From Cenarchaeum sp. (GTDB lineage Archaea > Thermoproteota > Nitrososphaeria > Nitrososphaerales > Nitrosopumilaceae), in assembly GCA_963693095.2 (NCBI GenBank), contig OY843768.1:1152001-1216000 (forward strand): 64,000 bases of DNA, read 5' to 3'. Positions within the stretch are counted from its first letter, which is position 1. Each line of letters opens with the position of its first letter. Below, in pieces: positions 10,262-18,759 of the stretch. Position numbers and translations under genes: made by a program. The notes below the pieces were generated by a model. The model was not told the DNA's origin, did not search any database, and saw only the letters and a program-made list of their open reading frames with translations.

Positions 10262-10533
10262 CGCGGGCGCATCGCGCGGCGAATGTCCGGCACGCGCGCC
10301 CTGATGAGCGTGACTAGCTCGTTTATCTCGCCTAGCTCTGGCGATGTTCCGCCATCACGGCAGAGCTGCAGGAATGCCGAGTATATGCAGCCGACGATCA
10401 TGCCAACTGCCGTGTCCTCAACAGAGCCGCCGTCAGCGCACGACTCGGCGAGCTGGCGGTATGAGCGGGCCTCAGACACATAGTGCGCAATGAGGCCGTC
10501 CATATAGCTGCGCGTCTCCTCGGGTATCGCCAT
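10258..10533 (-). CDS. Small hypothetical protein (~91 aa)
   Basis: ORF starting MAIPEETRSYMD with host-like codon usage; AT-rich element upstream. Confidence 0.65.
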   Translation of the reverse strand: MAIPEETRSYMDGLIAHYVSEARSYRQLAESCADGGSVEDTAVGMIVGCIYSAFLQLCRDGGTSPELGEINELVTLIRARVPDIRRAMRPR

Positions 10534-10635
10534 CGGCACGGCGCGCAAAGCACTGTGATATTTGTGTGTCGTGTGCGCGTGGGCGCGCTGGCTTGAAGAG
10601 TCAAAAAAGGAGGCCACATGCGCGTCGCGCGAGGG

Positions 10636-10899
10636 TCAGGATTTGGAGGAGAGATCGTGCTTTCGTATGAAGGCCCAGATCTTTTTGTTCATGTCGCTTG
10701 GAGGAATTGGCCTTTTGCCAAACACCTGCTCTAGCGTCTCGCGCCTTCCGGAGAACGAGACGGCATAGCCGCCAAATGCCTTCCGTGCAGACTTGGGCTT
10801 TTTTGATGCCGCCTTTGCCTTGGGCTTTGCGCCAGGCTTTGAGCGAGCTGGCTTTCGTGCAGTCCTCTTGGTAACCTTGGGTTTCTTTGCCGCAACCAA
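10636..10899 (-). CDS. Small basic protein: Lys/Ala/Pro-rich tail plus partial SWIB/MDM2-like domain
   Basis: KKPKVTKRTARKPARSKPGAKPKAKAASKKPK followed by LEQVFGKRPIPPSDMNKKIWAFIRKHDL (SWIB-like L..V.G..P.......K.IW.YI..H.L); TATA at ~10924-10930. Confidence 0.75.
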   Translation of the reverse strand: MVAAKKPKVTKRTARKPARSKPGAKPKAKAASKKPKSARKAFGGYAVSFSGRRETLEQVFGKRPIPPSDMNKKIWAFIRKHDLSSKS

Positions 10900-10932
10900 T
10901 CTGCGGGAGCGCAGGCGTGTTGGTATAATAAC

Positions 10933-11589
10933 CTAGAGCTTGGAATAGCGCATGATAAGCTCGCCGGCGGACCTTGTGGCAGAAACGAGGCGCATCTGTG
11001 GCGAGGAGGCAACGCGCGCAAAGCCCTCACCGCCGAGCAGGCCGGGCGCGCCGAGTCCGCCGAGGAGCCTGGGGGCCACGCATATGGTCATCTCGTCGAT
11101 CAGGCCACGGCGTGCAAGATCCCAGTTGACTGCGCCCCCGCCCTCGACGAGCACAGAGCGCACTCGCAGTGACCACAGGCGAGAGAGGAGCGTGCGCACC
11201 GACACGCGAGTCGCGCCGGCGACGATAGTCTCGATTCCCATGTCGTGCAGCCTTGCGATGCGCCGCTTTGGCGCAGCGCGAGAGACGCCTAGTATTGTTC
11301 TAACCGAGGGGCACGTTTTAGCTATGCGCGATGTCAGCGGGAGCGAGGCGCGCGAGTCGAGTATGACGCGTATTGGGCTCGGGCCGCGCGCAAGTCGAAC
11401 GGTCAGGAGCGGGTCATCAAGGCGAACGGTGTTGATGCCGACAAGAATTGCGTCGTGGGCCGCGCGCATGCGATGCACGCGCCGCAGGTCACGGCGTGAT
11501 GACAGCGCAGAGTCGCCTGAGCGCGTCGCTATCTTGCCGTCAATTGACATTGCGGCGCTAAGCGTCACACGCGGCCTAGATGCGGCCAT
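10933..11589 (-). CDS. arfC: 2,5-diamino-6-ribosylamino-4(3H)-pyrimidinone 5'-phosphate reductase (RibD C-terminal/ArfC)
   Basis: AMSIDGKIA, DAILVGINTV..DDP.LT.R, VLVEGGG motifs; riboflavin operon context. Confidence 0.9.
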   Translation of the reverse strand: MAASRPRVTLSAAMSIDGKIATRSGDSALSSRRDLRRVHRMRAAHDAILVGINTVRLDDPLLTVRLARGPSPIRVILDSRASLPLTSRIAKTCPSVRTILGVSRAAPKRRIARLHDMGIETIVAGATRVSVRTLLSRLWSLRVRSVLVEGGGAVNWDLARRGLIDEMTICVAPRLLGGLGAPGLLGGEGFARVASSPQMRLVSATRSAGELIMRYSKL

Positions 11590-12760
11590 GGACAACCCTC
11601 CCTCCCACAATTACTGCGCGCACGGCACGCGGAGTCGTTCGCGCGACTATTGCCGCATGAACGTCATGCGCGGGATCTATGTCAATGTCTGACATGTCAA
11701 TTATTGCACAGTCAGCGGCCATACCGACAGAGATGGCGCCGATCCTGCGCCGTAGCATGCGTCCGGCGTTCACCGTTGCCATGCGCAGTATGGCAGACGG
11801 CCGGACCGCCGAGCGCGTGCGCGCCATCGTGGACTTCCACGCATAGTCCATCTCGGCGAGCATGTTCGGCGAGTTGAGCATGACGTTGTCCGTTCCGAGC
11901 GCAACGTTGCATCCGGCATCCATGAGGGCCGCAATGTCCGGTGAGCCCTCGGCGAGCGTCGCGTTGGCCCGTGGACACACGACGACGCCGCGGGTGCGGC
12001 GCGCCACGGCGCGCATCTGCGCACGCGTGGCCTGCGTCATGTGGACCACGATGTGGGGGCGCGCGAGGAGTGCCCTGGGAACCTCGGGCCGGCCCGTGAG
12101 GCGCCTCGAGAGGGCGTCTCCGGCGGCCGTCTCGGCGGCATGTATGGCGCGAATGCCCCTCGTGCGCGCATACGCGCAGAGCGCGGCGTCGCTGTTCTCA
12201 TTGGCCCCGCTCAGGCCAATCCCGTCAGACGAGGCCATGAGGCGCGCGAGGCGCGCCCTGCGCTCCCCTGGCGGCGGCGCGTTGGCGCGCACGCGCGCAG
12301 GCGAGTCATACTCCTCGAGGCGCCCGAGGGCGATCGCGCGGATGGGGACACGCGAGGTAGCGCGGCGCAGGAGCGCGACTCCGGCCTCTCCGCCCTCCCT
12401 AAAGTCGACGAATGTCGTCGTGCCGCAGCGCAGCATCGAGGCAGCCGAGCGGGCCATATAGCGCACAAGCGTTGCAGGCGGCGTCGACTCTAGTATGCGC
12501 CTCTTTGCGCCGCGCACGGGATGTATGCGCGATGCGGCATCGAGTCCGGCACCGGCATCCTTTGCGACCGAGTCGCCAATGTGAGTGTGCGCGTTGATGA
12601 GTCCGGGTATGGCGATCAGGCCATCGCAGTCAGCCGAGTTGCCGCGCGTGCCGTGCCGTGTCATAATCTCGGCGAACTCGCCATGCGCGATGCGTATGGA
12701 CACGCCGCGCGCGTGGCGCAGCGATGGGCCGACGAGCGCGTCAATGTTGCGAAGGATCAA
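11576..12760 (-). CDS. Amidohydrolase superfamily metal-dependent hydrolase/deaminase
   Basis: PGLINAHTH, HAAE, CPRAN, LGTDN motifs. Confidence 0.88.
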   Translation of the reverse strand: MILRNIDALVGPSLRHARGVSIRIAHGEFAEIMTRHGTRGNSADCDGLIAIPGLINAHTHIGDSVAKDAGAGLDAASRIHPVRGAKRRILESTPPATLVRYMARSAASMLRCGTTTFVDFREGGEAGVALLRRATSRVPIRAIALGRLEEYDSPARVRANAPPPGERRARLARLMASSDGIGLSGANENSDAALCAYARTRGIRAIHAAETAAGDALSRRLTGRPEVPRALLARPHIVVHMTQATRAQMRAVARRTRGVVVCPRANATLAEGSPDIAALMDAGCNVALGTDNVMLNSPNMLAEMDYAWKSTMARTRSAVRPSAILRMATVNAGRMLRRRIGAISVGMAADCAIIDMSDIDIDPAHDVHAAIVARTTPRAVRAVIVGGRVVHGRI

Positions 12761-13506
12761 GGTGCCTCGTAAACGCTTTCAGCCTCGCCTGCCTTGCGCA
12801 TGCGACGTATCTCATCGAGTGATCGCGTTGCGGCCGAGGCGGCCTTGCGCGCCGTCAGGCCACGGCCAATTCCGCAGTTGAGGCCAAGGTCGAGGCTGCG
12901 CGACACGTTGACAAAGTCCTGTGCGTCACTGCGAACCTTTTCAATGTCTGCGCCCGTGACGACCATAAAGTTGTCTCCTCCCATAAAGAACGACAACGCG
13001 CCGCGCGACATGAAGAACTTTGACATCTCGGCGTACAGCGAGTATATTGATGACGTAATCTCGTATGGCGAGCTCTCGCGTCGCCGGGATGACAGGCCGT
13101 CTACGTCCATGTGGAGTATTGTCGGCCCGCCTGCGCTGCTAGCGCATGTAGCGCCACAGACGAGCTCGTCCTGCGATGCAAGGAGCGAGAACTTGTGCGC
13201 AAGCCTGTTGGCCTCTAGCGCATCAGGGGAACAGGCAGTCGCAGCACGCAGGTCAATGTCGGCAAACTGCGCCGAGACTGCGCCGACGACCTCATCGTGG
13301 TCGGCAAGCGACATGCCGTTGGTCAGCGCAAAGAGCTCATCAGACCGGTTCTGAAAGACGAGCGCATCGCGAGACGAAAAGGCGTCTTGCAGCGAGGCAT
13401 AGAGCGAGGCCTGCAGTGACTGGAGGCGGTGCTCGCGATCGCTGCCTAGCTCCAGTGTCCACGGCCCGTATCCGGCAATCCTGACAATGCAGACCTGCAC
13501 GCTCAT
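12757..13506 (-). CDS. gch3: GTP cyclohydrolase III (IIa)
   Basis: GYGPWT.ELG.DREH.LQ.LQA and FFMGGDNF motifs. Confidence 0.9.
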   Translation of the reverse strand: MSVQVCIVRIAGYGPWTLELGSDREHRLQSLQASLYASLQDAFSSRDALVFQNRSDELFALTNGMSLADHDEVVGAVSAQFADIDLRAATACSPDALEANRLAHKFSLLASQDELVCGATCASSAGGPTILHMDVDGLSSRRRESSPYEITSSIYSLYAEMSKFFMSRGALSFFMGGDNFMVVTGADIEKVRSDAQDFVNVSRSLDLGLNCGIGRGLTARKAASAATRSLDEIRRMRKAGEAESVYEAP

Positions 13507-13919
13507 CTCGAAACCCTCGCAAGCTCGCCATGTGACTTGATCGCAGCATCGACTGCGTGCTCGGCGACAGGCCGAATCCTCGCGTACGCCTGCCGCTCGC
13601 GCATCGCCGGCCCCGATATTCCCAGCGAGACAGGCTTTGAGCGCGCGATCGATATGGCAAGGAGTGCTGAGGCCGTCGCGTGCGATATGACCTCATCATG
13701 CTTTGTCTGTCCCTTGATGACTGCCCCGAGCGCAATAACTGCATCAACGTCATCGCGCGCAAGGAGCGCATCGGCGACAGTCGGTATGTCAAATGTCCCG
13801 GACACGCTGCTCTCATGGACTATTGTCACGTCTCGCAGGCGCGCGCGCTCGCGCGCGACATCGAGCATTCGAGACGATATCTCCGGATAGAACGTCGCGC
13901 TGACTATGGCGATCCTCAT
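13503..13919 (-). CDS. ribH: 6,7-dimethyl-8-ribityllumazine synthase
   Basis: IAIVSATF, VSGTFDIP, ALGAVIKGQTKHDEVI. Confidence 0.93.
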   Translation of the reverse strand: MRIAIVSATFYPEISSRMLDVARERARLRDVTIVHESSVSGTFDIPTVADALLARDDVDAVIALGAVIKGQTKHDEVISHATASALLAISIARSKPVSLGISGPAMRERQAYARIRPVAEHAVDAAIKSHGELARVSR

Positions 13920-14590
13920 GCGTGATGCACCTCGGCGTGCGCGAGCAGGTCACGCGCATCAACGAACGGAATGGACTCGCGTCGGGCCAGGCGGCGCGCG
14001 CCGTCAGACGAGAGCGCAGCGTGCGTTCCAGAGTCCATCATCTCGCATATCGCCGCAGCCGGCGCCAGTCCGGCAAGTTGGGCAAGGTACACGGACATCT
14101 CTGTGTGGCCACGGCGCGCCGAGAGGAGTGCGGCATCCGCAATTAGGAGATGGACGTGGCCTGGCGCTCGAAACTCGGAGACAAACTCGCGTTGCGGCTC
14201 GGCGCTGTCGTACAGGCGCGCAAACTCGCGAATCGTGCAGGCCCTGTCCGTGTCGGTGATTCCCGTGTACGTCTTGCGATGATTCACCGATAGTGAAAAT
14301 GACGGGCGGTCACCATATGGCGAGGACTCGGCGACCATTCCGAGCGTGTCATCATCTAACGAGGAGCGCAATATATCGTGCATAAAGCGCAGCCCGAGCC
14401 GGCCGGCCATCTGCGCGTCGAGCGCAAGGCAGATGAGCCCGCCGGCGCGCTCGCGCATCGTCGCCACGTGGTCTGCGTTTGCGTGGGCGGCGGCTACGAC
14501 CATGTCAACCTCATCCTCGCGCCCCTCCGAGTCGTGCAGGAGCACAAACCCGCCGCGGCGAAGCGATTCGAGCGCATCGCCCAGATCCAT
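13916..14590 (-). CDS. ribB: 3,4-dihydroxy-2-butanone-4-phosphate synthase
   Basis: D..GREDE.D, GLIC, PGHVHLL, RRGHTE, ICEM motifs. Confidence 0.93.
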   Translation of the reverse strand: MDLGDALESLRRGGFVLLHDSEGREDEVDMVVAAAHANADHVATMRERAGGLICLALDAQMAGRLGLRFMHDILRSSLDDDTLGMVAESSPYGDRPSFSLSVNHRKTYTGITDTDRACTIREFARLYDSAEPQREFVSEFRAPGHVHLLIADAALLSARRGHTEMSVYLAQLAGLAPAAAICEMMDSGTHAALSSDGARRLARRESIPFVDARDLLAHAEVHHA

Positions 14591-14647
14591 TGCGCGCGCC
14601 TGCGCGATGAGGGTATTTCAAGCTTACCAAGATTTCGGTTATTACCA

Positions 14648-15250
14648 CTATTTCGGTAGGTGTCGCGCAAGCGCGTACTTTGCGAGCACGTCAGTCTCGA
14701 CGTTGACTGCGTCTCCGACCTCTAGGGAGCCGAGGTTTGTGATCTCTAGCGTGTGCGGTATGACATGGACGCGTATCCTCGTGCGGCCCCTGTGCGCAAC
14801 AGTCATGCTCACGCCGTTTATTGCAACAGAGCCCCTAGTCGGAAGCTCACGCGCCATGCGGGCCGGCACGTCAATTGACAGTATGGACTCATCATCGCGC
14901 CTCTCTATGCGCGCAAGCGTTCCGCGTCCGTCAACGTGGCCAAGGACAAAGTGACCCTCGACTCGCGCACCGGCACGCATGCTGCGCTCGACGTTTAGCG
15001 AGTCACCGGCCTTTATGCGGCCCAGCGACGTCAGTCGCGCAGTCTGGCCGATGACGTCAAAGGCGCACTTGCCGCCTGCGAGTCGGCTCGTGACGGTGAG
15101 GCACACGCCGTCGAGCGCAACGCTCTGGCCCGTGGAAAGGCCAGAGGCCCGCCGTCCCAGCTTTACTACCATCCGGAGCGCCTTGCCGTCACCCTTGCCC
15201 TTTGAGACAGAGGCCACCTTGGCCGTCCCTTCGACGATACCTGTGAACAT
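14648..15250 (-). CDS. ribE: Riboflavin synthase (bacterial-type alpha chain)
   Basis: Canonical MFTGIVE start at 15250; GVCLTV, GHFVLGHVDG, IPHTLE.TNL, VNVETD. Confidence 0.93.
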   Translation of the reverse strand: MFTGIVEGTAKVASVSKGKGDGKALRMVVKLGRRASGLSTGQSVALDGVCLTVTSRLAGGKCAFDVIGQTARLTSLGRIKAGDSLNVERSMRAGARVEGHFVLGHVDGRGTLARIERRDDESILSIDVPARMARELPTRGSVAINGVSMTVAHRGRTRIRVHVIPHTLEITNLGSLEVGDAVNVETDVLAKYALARHLPK

Positions 15251-15436
15251 GGAACAGGGCAGATACACGCGTGTATAAAATGATTTGGTGGTTGCAGGCG
15301 TCGGGGGACGATCTTGATGAGTCAGAACCAATGTTGGCACTAGTCCATGGCAGGCCAACACGTGAGAACAAATGAATCTCAATCTGCCGGGCTTGCTCAA
15401 CGACACAATCTCAGGTTTTACGCATTTGAAACGGAA

Positions 15437-16936
15437 TCATTTTTCAAGATAATTATCAATTGCCAGATCCTCTTCATACATTATCTCTGTAACACGGTTA
15501 AATTCATCTTGCGCTATGCCATACTCATCAGAGTGTTCGATTTCACCAATAGTATAGCTGCCACTAGAATCAGGTTTAAAAACATAAGGAGCCACACAAT
15601 CATCCACGATATAGTCATGCAGCCCATATCCGAGCTTTTTACGTTGTGCAGGTTTTAATTTGTTCATTTTTACAAACATGCTGAGTTGTTCAAGAAAAAA
15701 CACACTATGCGTGATCAAAAGCACATACACTCCACTATTGACTAATCTAACAATATATTTAGCTAGTTTGGTTTGGTTTGCAGGATGCAAATGCGCTTCA
15801 GGTTCTTCAATAATTAGCAGATCAGAGCGACGAATTTGTTTCTGAATAAAAAGCTGGATAGGGGCAGTTTCGGTTATTCCCGATGATGAACGGTTTATTG
15901 GAATGCTTTTGCCCATGAATTTAAAGAATATTTGCGGTATGCCCACATCCGGCTTTGTCACATATATTTGACCACCAAACATTTCATTGATCATGGTATG
16001 TTCACTTTGTGAAGTATCAAGATCGTGATTTCCAGACATTCCAACAAGCGACTCTATAAAATCTGACACAACCCCGTCAAATGGGGTAATTGCTCCATGT
16101 TTAGCGTTGTTAATAATACTCGATACAATATTACTATAAGAAGATAATATGCCAGCACGCGCTGCGGGAATATAGTAAGATCTATGCAAGGAAGAAATAA
16201 ACGAGTGTGACATGCGCGACATAAGAGACAGCAAGGCGTGTAGACCAGGCTTCTTGTCCAATGAGAGAGTAGAGGAAAAGAAACGCATATCGTCATAGAC
16301 CAATTGGTTCAGCATACCTGTGTGTTTTTTTGATGTGTCATTATGATCGTGTGGTTCGGCGATTGGGAGTGATCCAGGCACATTTTGAATAACATAGCGG
16401 TCATTGTGCGGACTGAATTTTATTATAGGGGATTTGGTCTTAAATATAGAAATGTTTACGCCTATAGGATGCGTTATTTTGATGTTGGATGAAACAGAGC
16501 CAATACGCACAAGATCAGACAGTGCAGAGCTGAAATTGGCATTGAGTGTTTTAAAGAGATTGTCGCCAAATGCACGCTTGAGTGCAAGATCATGAATTTT
16601 GTTGGAATAGTCAATGGGCACGTCATAAAAGACACTAGAACCCACAGCAGAGGCTACCATCTTGCCCATAAGAGCGACCAACTTTTGAAATTGTTTATTT
16701 TTGGATTGTTTGTGAACCCAATCTGCAGATTCCCACAAAATGGGGCTTTGGGTGCCCGAGCTAAGAATTGAGTGGGCCAGCATGGCAGCATATGTCTTGC
16801 CCGAGTTGTTCGGACCCACAAATATGGTCAGTGGCTTTATCGTGAACTTGCCCCGGGATATAGGGCCAAAGTTGGTGAGCTCGACTTCTATGGGCACGTG
16901 CGGTCGCGCAGGCGCTGATGACGTTTTCTTGGCCAT
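15437..16936 (-). CDS. ABC-type AAA ATPase (AAA_15/AAA_21-like, defence-associated type), AT-rich
   Basis: NFGPI, Walker A GPNNSGKT, SSG signature, Walker B LIIEEPEAHLHP, ITHS H-loop; visibly lower GC than flanks. Confidence 0.85.
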   Translation of the reverse strand: MAKKTSSAPARPHVPIEVELTNFGPISRGKFTIKPLTIFVGPNNSGKTYAAMLAHSILSSGTQSPILWESADWVHKQSKNKQFQKLVALMGKMVASAVGSSVFYDVPIDYSNKIHDLALKRAFGDNLFKTLNANFSSALSDLVRIGSVSSNIKITHPIGVNISIFKTKSPIIKFSPHNDRYVIQNVPGSLPIAEPHDHNDTSKKHTGMLNQLVYDDMRFFSSTLSLDKKPGLHALLSLMSRMSHSFISSLHRSYYIPAARAGILSSYSNIVSSIINNAKHGAITPFDGVVSDFIESLVGMSGNHDLDTSQSEHTMINEMFGGQIYVTKPDVGIPQIFFKFMGKSIPINRSSSGITETAPIQLFIQKQIRRSDLLIIEEPEAHLHPANQTKLAKYIVRLVNSGVYVLLITHSVFFLEQLSMFVKMNKLKPAQRKKLGYGLHDYIVDDCVAPYVFKPDSSGSYTIGEIEHSDEYGIAQDEFNRVTEIMYEEDLAIDNYLEK

Positions 16937-17047
16937 GCCACAACGGACGCAGCGGGGACGTTTATGAATTTGCCACGATCTGCCACGCCTAGCGCCCCCC
17001 ACGCTAGGCAAGTTAGAAATAGGTGAGGCACGAAGGCGCGGATCATC

Positions 17048-18076
17048 ATGGAAAACATGCGCGCGATGGTACTCAACAAGTGCGCCCCCATCGAGACCAA
17101 CCCGCTAGAGCTGACCGAGATATCACGCCACCGCGTGAATAGGCCCGGCGACGTCCTTGTAAAGATAGATGCGTGCGGCGTGTGCCACTCGCAGCTCCAC
17201 AGCATAGAGGGTGACTGGAAGGACCTGGGCATACCGCCAAGGCTCCCGACGGTGCCGGGTCACGAGGTCGTCGGGACTGTCGTGGAGACGGGCAACGACG
17301 TGGCAGCAATTGCAGTGGGCGACAGGGTCGGCATATCGCCGCTCCTCGAGTCGTGCCTGGCGTGCCGCTACTGCAACGAGGGCAAGGAGCAGCTCTGCGA
17401 GTCGATGAAGGTCCTCGGCGAGTCGATGAACGGTGGGTATGCCGAGTATGTCACAGTCTCCGAAAGGTTTGCCACGCGCGTCCCGCAGACCATGAAGCCC
17501 TCGTATGCGGCACCGCTCTTTTGCGCCGGCGTGACTGCGTACGGCGCAGTCAGGGCGTGCGACGCAAAGGAGGGCGACAAGGTCGGCATATTCGGGATTG
17601 GCGGCGTTGGCCACATGGCAGTCCAGTTCGCAAAGAGTGATGGCCTCGAGGTCACGGCAGTCTCGCGCAACGCCGGACACCTCACCGTGGCATCAAGACT
17701 CGGCGCCGACAGAACAGTCGGGTACTCGGGGAGGGATGCGACATCAACAGAGGTCGCCTCTCGCGGACACCTTGATTCTGCCATGGTCTTTGCGCCCAAT
17801 GACGACGTCACGCGCGAGGCGCTCGCGTCGATAAAGAGGGGAGGAACACTCGTAGTCGCCACCGTGGGCGGCATTCCGGACTTTGTGGCCTTTGAGGAAA
17901 AGACGGTGCGCGGCACGCTCATCGGATCGAGGGCAGACATGGCCAACGTTGTCAGGATTGCGCAAGAGGACCACATCGAAGTCGTCCACGAGACGTTCCC
18001 CCTAGAGAGCGCAAACGAGGCGCTCCAAAAGCTAAAGAACTCTAGACTCGAGGCGAGGGCAGTCCTTGTCCCATAA
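17048..18076 (+). CDS. Zn-dependent alcohol dehydrogenase (MDR family)
   Basis: CGVCHS, GHEVVG, C..CRYC..G.EQLC, GIGGVG motifs. Confidence 0.92.
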   Translation: MENMRAMVLNKCAPIETNPLELTEISRHRVNRPGDVLVKIDACGVCHSQLHSIEGDWKDLGIPPRLPTVPGHEVVGTVVETGNDVAAIAVGDRVGISPLLESCLACRYCNEGKEQLCESMKVLGESMNGGYAEYVTVSERFATRVPQTMKPSYAAPLFCAGVTAYGAVRACDAKEGDKVGIFGIGGVGHMAVQFAKSDGLEVTAVSRNAGHLTVASRLGADRTVGYSGRDATSTEVASRGHLDSAMVFAPNDDVTREALASIKRGGTLVVATVGGIPDFVAFEEKTVRGTLIGSRADMANVVRIAQEDHIEVVHETFPLESANEALQKLKNSRLEARAVLVP

Positions 18077-18305
18077 GCCAGCGCGCGGCTCGCCGGCCGA
18101 GCGAATGCGCGAGGAGCTCGAGGCGGTGCGCTCAAAGGCCAACGCGCTAGAGGCAGTGGCCACTGACGAGTTCCAGCTAGGCGTCGCGCGCGCGATTCGC
18201 GCGCTCGCCGAGCAGCAGATCCACACGCTAGAGGAGAGCGAGCACCTCAAGAAGGCCATGGACCTGCTCCTAGAGCAGATCTTCAAGGCGCAGCGCAGGG
18301 ACTAG
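18066..18305 (+). CDS. Small helical hypothetical protein
   Basis: ORF coupled to the ADH gene, amphipathic helical pattern, host-like codon usage. Confidence 0.65.
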   Translation: MSHKPARGSPAERMREELEAVRSKANALEAVATDEFQLGVARAIRALAEQQIHTLEESEHLKKAMDLLLEQIFKAQRRD

Positions 18306-18309
18306 TGCG

Positions 18310-18759
18310 CTACCCGTGTATGTTTACCGTGACAGAGGCCCGTGCGGCCTCGCCGTCCCCCGATGCGCCCTCTGAGACTATGCGGTACGTTCCCGGATGA
18401 ACCGGCGTTCCATCAGGGCGCCCCTGATCCCAGGTAAACTCTACAGAGTCGCGCGGCCCTAGTGGGCCGGCCGTGTCTTGCGGTGGCGCGGCATACACTG
18501 TCGTGCCATCAAGGAGCATCACCTCTAGGCCATAGTGCGTCCCGTCGGCAAACTCGACGGCCACGCTTCCCGTGTTTATGAGCCTGGCATGGATATCCTC
18601 GCCGAGGCCATGGTCGGCGCCCTCCACTAGGAGCGACAGCGAGACGCCCTCGACGTACACCGGTGCGGCATCGCGCGCATATGGCGACATTATCACACCG
18701 AGTGCGGCCGCGACTGCGACACCGGCGGCCGTTGCGATCGCTAGTCCGCGCGGTATCAC
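18310..18759 (-). CDS. Membrane-anchored/exported Ig-like protein (BsuPI-like domain)
   Basis: N-terminal hydrophobic helix; L.NTG...V.F, FTWDQ..DG..V.PGTY.I pattern; 4-nt overlap with cbf5 stop. Confidence 0.65.
   Translation of the reverse strand: MIPRGLAIATAAGVAVAAALGVIMSPYARDAAPVYVEGVSLSLLVEGADHGLGEDIHARLINTGSVAVEFADGTHYGLEVMLLDGTTVYAAPPQDTAGPLGPRDSVEFTWDQGRPDGTPVHPGTYRIVSEGASGDGEAARASVTVNIHG

Noticed and set aside
14648-15406. N-terminal extensions in the ORF track (ribE, cyoE, herA, secY, adk, rpoE1, HEAT protein, DUF2024)
   Set aside because: Conserved N-termini and TATA boxes ~25 nt upstream point to the shorter starts used in the feature list.
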